From a virus (lineage: Duplodnaviria; Caudoviricetes), in the IMG/VR virus record IMGVR_UViG_3300037367_000013, positions 1 through 61,849 of that record: 61,849 nucleotides of DNA; one strand, 5' to 3'. The translations under genes were made by a program, and so were the position numbers. Below the pieces are notes generated by a model. That model made no database searches, was not told the DNA's origin, and saw only the letters and a list, made by a program, of their open reading frames with translations. This document shows positions 58,221 through 61,849 of this stretch, one piece after another. Positions within the stretch are counted from its first letter, which is position 1. The number at the start of each line of letters is the position of its first letter.

Positions 58221-58748
58221 TCATGTGGATTGCTCCACAAACTGATCGCGATCCCGCCAACACACAAACGCGCTTTCCAGCAAATCAAATCGTGTTGCCG
58301 CTTCCGATCCCGGAATAATATCGGCGCGGGATTCAACGCGGCAGTATTCCCGGATTGCGTTGGCGGCTTCTTCCTTATCCGTAATAGGACCAGCGCCAAT
58401 CGGTGCGTTTTCATTCCACCATTTGTGGAAAAGATCATTCCCCGAAAGTATGCCCGCGCGTTGGGCCAGACGCTTAGATGGATCAACCGGCTTATGAGCG
58501 CGAGAAGCGGCAACATCGGTTTTGTCAGGCCGTGTTGCCGCTTCTTTCGCGCCGTCAGAAACTTTGTCAGTCTTAAGTCTGGCAATGCCAAACCACACTT
58601 CCGCAGCAGGGTTTGGCATTCCGCCTAGCGCCGCGTAAGCTGCATCCGCGCTTTCTAATGGGACTTCAAAAACTACCTGCACACAGCTTCGCGTGCGGAT
58701 AAGTTTCCAATCCGAATAGCAGGCGCGAAATGCAGCGGGAGTGTTCAT
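58221..58748 (-). CDS. Conserved-type phage hypothetical protein
   Basis: K..RTR...Q.VFEVP.E and CRVESR..I motifs; coupled to the exonuclease. Confidence 0.6.
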   Translation of the reverse strand: MNTPAAFRACYSDWKLIRTRSCVQVVFEVPLESADAAYAALGGMPNPAAEVWFGIARLKTDKVSDGAKEAATRPDKTDVAASRAHKPVDPSKRLAQRAGILSGNDLFHKWWNENAPIGAGPITDKEEAANAIREYCRVESRADIIPGSEAATRFDLLESAFVCWRDRDQFVEQST

Positions 58749-59395
58749 GCCGCCTCTGCAATTGCTGGCGTTCCGCCATAGAGTTGCGTAAGATCGTGGA
58801 CGCGCAGCTCTACTTCGGTAAGAAAGTCTTTAACCAGCGTTTCAAGTTCGGCAATCTGCTTGTCGTCGCGCTCGACGCGAGAGACGAATAATTGCATCGC
58901 TGCCGGTAGCCGTGGATCGAATGAAACAAAATCGCACCAGATGCCGCCCGTACACGCCATCTGCCATTGCATTTGCGACGTGTATTTTGCCGGAACGGCT
59001 TGCCCCAACAGTGTGTCAATGTGAGTGGCTGTCGTGGGACATTTGATTTCCACTAAGCCGCCTTCGCCTACTAGGCCATCTGGACTTGCGCCAGACATTT
59101 TGATTGTTGGGTGAGTAATGAAGCCAACTTCGGCTACAGTTTTGTCTTGCCTGAATTCATATGCAGCCCGCGCCAGTGGTTCAGTTTCAGTTCCCCATTG
59201 CATGGCGGCATTCGTGTAAGACGGAGCAACTGTCCCGGTAAGCCGCTCGGCAACTAATTCCGCCATGTAGTTAGCGCGCGATGCCCCCCATCCGCTCTTG
59301 GTCTTGGCAATCACATCCGCGATGCGCGAAGCCGTTACGCGGCCGAGTCGCGCTGCAAACCACTCAGGCGAACCCTGTTTAAGTTCTTCGCTCAC
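58745..59395 (-). CDS. YqaJ/lambda-type exonuclease
   Basis: QGSPEW..ARLG.VTAS, ASPDGL, VEIKCP, QMQWQM. Confidence 0.92.
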   Translation of the reverse strand: MSEELKQGSPEWFAARLGRVTASRIADVIAKTKSGWGASRANYMAELVAERLTGTVAPSYTNAAMQWGTETEPLARAAYEFRQDKTVAEVGFITHPTIKMSGASPDGLVGEGGLVEIKCPTTATHIDTLLGQAVPAKYTSQMQWQMACTGGIWCDFVSFDPRLPAAMQLFVSRVERDDKQIAELETLVKDFLTEVELRVHDLTQLYGGTPAIAEAA

Positions 59396-60081
59396 GATTG
59401 GCGCTCCTTTGCGTCCAGGAGTGCCTTGGCGTGTTGGTATTTGCTCTCTGGAATGCTCTCGATTTTTTCGACGCCAATATATTTACAGAACTTGCCAATG
59501 TCTGCGCCCACGGCGACGATGCGCTCTTGGATTTCTATGACTTGCGCGGCGTTGATATATGCGCCGTTTCCATTGCCATTTGCTGACGGCGCTGGCCGCT
59601 TGGCGACAGCCGGAATGTCCTCGATTTCGGTTTCATCGAGCCAGCCAAGACCGCAGATTGAGAGAGTGGCGCGGCGCTTGGCCTTGGTGACGGCTTTCAG
59701 CTCTGCATTGGCGCGAGCTTCGCCCTTGAGCGTTTCCGGGAATGCCACCGCGCCCAAATCCTCATCGCTGCGGCCGTCCGGCAACTTGGCGCGTACATGA
59801 ACGGTCAGAATATCATGCGCGATTTCACGCGAAACGATTTCGAGCGTCACTCCATTGATCTTGCGAAGCTGGTCCGTGCATGAGCGCAGCGCGTAAAGCT
59901 GCAACTTGCCATTCAGAGTGATGAACTCGAATGGCTTTGTGAGGGGATTAAGTCCCATGCTCTGGCAAACTTCGCCATAATAGCGAACCCGCTCATCCGG
60001 CGTAAGCTTGCTAATATCGCCAGCAAGCAAAACGCTTTCCATGATTTCGCTGTGAACTGGTAATTTGACTGGTACGCTCAT
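59392..60081 (-). CDS. Single-strand annealing recombinase (Bet/RecT-like position)
   Basis: GLNPLTKPF, KA.TKAKRRATLSICGLGWLDETE; paired with the exonuclease. Confidence 0.65.
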   Translation of the reverse strand: MSVPVKLPVHSEIMESVLLAGDISKLTPDERVRYYGEVCQSMGLNPLTKPFEFITLNGKLQLYALRSCTDQLRKINGVTLEIVSREIAHDILTVHVRAKLPDGRSDEDLGAVAFPETLKGEARANAELKAVTKAKRRATLSICGLGWLDETEIEDIPAVAKRPAPSANGNGNGAYINAAQVIEIQERIVAVGADIGKFCKYIGVEKIESIPESKYQHAKALLDAKERQS

Positions 60082-60247
60082 GCTACGCTCCTGTGTTTCA
60101 ACTTTGCCGCCCTGTTTTCCTGCTTCAATTGCTGGACTGTTAATTGGATTAATCGATTCAGCAACGGTTTCCGCGTTCCATGTCGAGCGCGAAGCTTAGC
60201 TATCTCACGAATGAGATTTTGCCGCTTCCGCATTAAGCTTTCATATC

Positions 60248-60445
60248 TCATGGCGAACCCTGCCGGAGTTGAAGAACCGCCAGCGCAACCCGACCCTTCA
60301 CATCATGCTTGCGGTAGATCGAAACCAAATGTGATTTAACCGTATCCTCCCTGATACCCAATCGGAAGGCTATGACCTTATTGGGATGGCCGTCGATTAG
60401 GAGTGCGATGATTTGTTGTTCGCGGGTTCTTAAGTCGGTGGTCAT
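60248..60445 (-). CDS. Stand-alone LuxR-type HTH protein
   Basis: L..REQQI..L...G..NK.IA..LGI.EDTVKSHL..IY.K..V..R. Confidence 0.85.
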   Translation of the reverse strand: MTTDLRTREQQIIALLIDGHPNKVIAFRLGIREDTVKSHLVSIYRKHDVKGRVALAVLQLRQGSP

Positions 60446-61596
60446 GACGGGAACCATATCGTTTCGCGATCCTCAAAAGTTGAACCTTTGATACGATGTT
60501 TCCATTTGCGCCGCTTTAGTGTTTCGCCAAGTTCGCGCGTCGGGTCGATTATGTTTGGTATCAATCCCGCTTCCATAATGGCAGCGATTGTGCGCGTCAT
60601 CGCGCCACGGTCGCTTTCAATAGCGTGCAATAGAACAAGGCGGACGTTGTTACCGTTGATCGAAGCAACCGAAGCCGCTTGCCAATCACCTAAGCGAAAC
60701 CACGGAACGTCACCGGGACGAACAATCTTGAAGCCGCGTTCTTCCTCGTTATCGACGATGGCGGCTACAGGGTCATAGCCCCCGCCCACAATCTTGTCGA
60801 TTAGTTGCAATAGTTTTGTGTCCGGCATCATGCCGCCCATCCTGCCGTCGAAATAATGCGCCCGACAACTTCGCCACGCACGCAAATCAAATCAAAATCG
60901 TCCTCATCGTTGCGCGAAGTTACATCGTCAGGATCAACGTCAAACCAATCCCCGACAAGGTGTTGGACTTTTAGCCAACGGTCGGCACATGGCGTCGAAA
61001 ACGATCCGATAGGGCGATTGGCTAAGTCGATTATGCGGAGCATCATGACGCGCGTTCCTCAAGTTGCTCGCGCAAATCCGCGATGGCTTCCTGTTCGGTG
61101 TGGCCATAGCCAATCGGGCATCCCGGCTCGTAATTATCCGTGGTGGCCGACCAGTCGAATTGACGGAGCGGGATTGGCTTTGCCCAATAGTCGGTGAGGA
61201 TTTTCATGGCGTGGCTCCGGTCTTGTAAACTGAGAGCAAACAATGGATTGCGCCGTCGATATCCTCGTCGCGCGCTAAGGCAATCTCGGCACCTTTTATT
61301 GCCGTCCGAAGCCGCTCAATTTCGTCGGCCCCCCACAAAACCATCGTGCGTAGGCTGTCGGGGTGAAAGTTTTTCGACCTAACTTCGCGAAGTTGATCCA
61401 CGATATCGACCATGGCTCAGTTCTCCAGCTTGTATTGGCCGAGCGGATCGGAAGCCGTGCGCCAGCCAAAATGGAGTTCAAAGAAACTGCGGACGAGGGC
61501 CTTTGACGGAAAGCCATCGTGCTCGAATTGGCCGGTCGCCTTATTGCGGAGGGCGAAGGTGCGGGCGGTGTCGGCTACGATCTCGTAAGTGGTCAT
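60442..61596 (-). other. First genes of the leftward early operon (61417-61596, 61204-61413, 61043-61207, 60828-61046, 60442-60831)
   Basis: Translationally coupled small ORFs; none resembles a CI repressor. Confidence 0.6.
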
Positions 61597-61627
61597 ATCG
61601 GCTCTCCGGTTAGCGGTCATGAACACA

Positions 61628-61732
61628 ATAGGCCGTTCCTATATAAAGGCAATACCTATATCTATGCAAATACACGATGGCTGCTATGCGCTATGGGCCG
61701 TTGCCGATGCCTATTGTTTAGGTATAGCCTAT
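61628..61732. promoter_or_regulatory. Divergent control region with three ATAGG-N5-CCTAT-like operators
   Basis: ATAGGccgttCCTAT 61628-61642, AAAGGcaataCCTAT 61645-61659, TTAGGtatagCCTAT 61718-61732, plus a CCTAT half-site at 61710-61714. They lie between the divergent leftward operon and cro. Confidence 0.7.
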
Positions 61733-61849
61733 AAATGAAATGAGCGAAATCACTGACAATGCCGCAATGGCCCTAAAACAGGCTATAGAAGCAGTTGGTA
61801 GCCAAGCTGCCCTAGCTAGGGCATTGGGCATAGCCCAGCCGTCTATTGC
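61723..61849. repeat. Terminal direct repeat copy 2
   Basis: Identical to 1-127. Confidence 0.95.

Noticed and set aside
50525-60741. 22-bp near-identical repeat (50525-50546 and 60720-60741) encoding ERGFKIV
   Set aside because: Only two short copies inside unrelated ORFs, with no att, DGR or array context.
1-61849. CRISPR array, tRNA genes, reverse transcriptase/DGR
   Set aside because: No repeat-spacer array, cloverleaf or RT motif was noticed by eye. A tRNAscan/Infernal run would be needed to exclude them.

Overview
The window is a complete, circularly assembled ~61.7 kb P22-like podophage genome; the first 127 bp repeat at the end. GcrA- and GapR-like genes suggest an alphaproteobacterial, probably Rhizobiales, host (inference). 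The rightward arm (18-45,120) runs from cro through replication genes and a NusG-paralogue antiterminator into a ~40 kb late operon: terminases, portal, scaffold, coat, gp4/gp10-like tail hub, ejection proteins, fibres/spikes and lysis. The leftward arm (61,596-45,183) carries recombination genes, HNH nucleases, a tyrosine recombinase, an RNA ligase, a SAM-dependent enzyme, a cargo-carrying IS1595 element and many small ORFs. No cI repressor is visible. The most striking feature is that twelve late-operon proteins, including the tailspike with a recognisable virion-attachment domain, start with cleavable Sec or Tat signal peptides. All twelve have an even number of cysteines in the mature chain. 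The same operon encodes a Wzy_C (WaaL/O-oligosaccharyltransferase-type) membrane enzyme directly behind one of them. Together these suggest virion appendages that are exported, disulfide-bonded and possibly glycosylated in the periplasm and then joined to particles at or after lysis. Family assignments come from motif recognition by eye; no searches were run.
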